From positions 11,162,001 through 11,226,000 of the forward strand of contig NC_086101.1 of the NCBI RefSeq assembly GCF_963921235.1: 64,000 nucleotides of DNA, given 5' to 3'. This document shows, piece after piece, positions 61,959 through 64,000 of the stretch. The notes beneath the pieces are model-generated. The model was not told where the DNA came from. It was given only the letters and a program-made list of their open reading frames with translations, and made no database searches. This DNA is from Mobula hypostoma (taxonomy: Eukaryota). A program made the translations under genes and the position numbers. Numbering within the stretch: the first letter of the stretch is position 1; every line of letters begins with the position of its first letter.

Positions 61959-64000
61959 ATGTCTATGTATACCGCAGCCCCTTCTGTCCTCCCTCAGTTC
62001 AGTCTGTCCACTGCTCTGAAAAACGTCAGGAACAAAAGCAAGAGGAGGCCATTCAGTCCCTCATACCTGCTGTCCTATTATATAACATCAACATCACTTC
62101 TCTCTGCTGATGTCATTGCCACGATTTCCCTTCTTATTGAAAAATCTACTGTCTCTCCTGAACATACTGGCCCTCTAAACATCCACAGCCCCCACATCAC
62201 CCCCAGCTTGAAATGTTCACCGGCTTAGTGAATTAATTTATTATCATCCTAATACTCATCCCCTCACTGTGACCCCTCCTTCTAGATGCCCCAGAGACCA
62301 GAAACATCAGCCCTGCACCTTCCCTGTGAAGTCAGGAGAATGTCTGTAACATTCAGTTTGATGGCTAGATGTTCTTCTAAATTATGGTTTGCGTTATTTG
62401 GTCACAGACCATCCCACAAAAGTTGAAAGTTCACACTCTCCTCCCCCCCCCCCCACACACAGGCGCGCGCGCGCGCACACACACACGCTGAAGCACAGAG
62501 AAATTACCCACTGACTACTCCTCACTTTCCCCAGCCTCCATTCTAACTCTCCAAACATTGATCCTCCCTCTGACTCTTCCCTCCCCCTCAATCACCATTC
62601 AGGCTCCCCTAGACCCTCTCTCCCACATTCCACATCCTGCTTCTTCCTCCTGCATTCAGCACAGACCCTCACTCCCACTCCAACCTTTGAGCCTTGGCAC
62701 TCCCCCTCCTCTCTGCATCCTCTCTCACCCGACCTCCATGCACTCCTCAATCCCAGTCCTTTCCAATCACTGACTCTCCAGCCTTGTGAACCTGATTCCA
62801 TTTGCAAAAAGGTCCCCACTAGAGAGAGAAGGGAATGAAGGGTCAAAGGTCTGCACACACTCCTCCCAGTGTGGGTTTCTCTCTGACCCTCTGACTCTCA
62901 GATTTCCAGTGCCTCGTTCTCTCCACTTCGGATCGTGGGACACAGGATTCTGATAGCATATTGTTATCAAAACAATTTCAATGGAAGGTCTGGACTGGCA
63001 GCTCAGTGTTCTGGAGTACAGGTGCTACAGGTGTGGTAGAAATGGAGGTAAGAGAGGAGGGGGTCATGATGTTGGATATAGAGTTTCAATGCAAAACAGA
63101 GTAATATTGGGGGAAATGTGCGGTGAGGCTAAACTGGTAGAAATTAAAAAATAGGAGGGATACGAACACAGTAACAATTTTCACTGCAGTACTCCAAGCG
63201 ATAAAGCTGGGAGTGCATCCGGTGAGACTCTATTGGTTAAAGTTATGAATAAAAGCAGGATAACCACTTTTTGAGGATTTAATTATGGGACCCAAAAATC
63301 AGTGGGAATTTGAGACCCCAGTTGTAGGAATGTTAAAATTGCAATAAGAGGTGATTTCAACATCTTTAATATTGACTGGGATAGCCATCATGCTGAGAGA
63401 TTTGACAGGGCACAATTGGGAAAATGTGCTTCCTGAAAGTCTTGACAAGATACATGTAGATGGCCCAACTCGAGAAGGGATTACACTTGACCACCTGACA
63501 GTGAGGCTGAGATGGTGGTTAATGTGCCAGTGGGGGAGTCTTTGCCCCAGTGAGCAGCTTTCTGTTCGATTTGAAATAATTATGGAAAAGCTTGACGAGT
63601 GATAAACGTGAACCTCCCTAGAAAGCTGAGAAGTCTTAGACTCTCTTTCTCTGTCCCTGATAGATAAACACACACACACCTCTATCCCCAGTCTTCTTCT
63701 CACTGACACCTAGTCTCACCTGGACCTTTCTCAACTGTTAGTATTGAGGGGGTCTATAAAAACACCCAGTAGAGTTTTTGCCCCTTTCCTGTTTCTGACT
63801 TCCACCCACACTGACTCAGTAGACCATCCCCCCATGACTTCATCCTTTTCTGCAGCCACACGGTAGGCTTATTCAGAAAGTTAGAAGGCATGGGATCCAG
63901 GGACGTTTGGCCAGGTGGATTCAGAATTGGCTTGCCTGCAGAAGGCAGAGTGTGGTGGTGGAGGGAGTACCACCAGATGGGAGGATTGTGACTAGTGGTG

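Noticed and set aside
1..64000. CRISPR arrays, rRNA, tRNA genes or prokaryotic operons
   Set aside because: None seen; the sequence is spliced vertebrate DNA and the short repeats are LINE tails or microsatellites.

Overview
Eukaryotic, repeat-rich vertebrate DNA; the repeat repertoire and B30.2 sequence suggest a cartilaginous fish, probably a ray (inference). The only host gene I can support is the 3' part of a butyrophilin-like gene on the + strand, which the ORF track shows only in pieces. It has an IgC exon (7681-7959), a TM exon (37401-37520), three micro-exons (41413-41445, 42408-42434, 43744-43770) and a B30.2/PRY-SPRY exon (57161-57693). All introns are GT-AG and phase 1, and the exons splice into one open frame of about 339 aa; the signal peptide and IgV exons should lie upstream of the window. 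The introns are filled with nested transposable elements. These include many CR1 LINEs, Rex1/Babar and RTE LINEs, Penelope-like elements carrying minimal hammerhead-ribozyme motifs, and an 8.3 kb Tc1 element expanded by nested insertions. There is also a cleanly bounded non-autonomous Helitron encoding STPR-like 23-aa repeats, a full-length Charlie3/MER1-like hAT with an 8-bp TSD, an internally deleted Tip100-like hAT, and an endogenous retrovirus pol-env relic just downstream of the gene. LINE boundaries are approximate. No database search was run, so family names come from recognised motifs.
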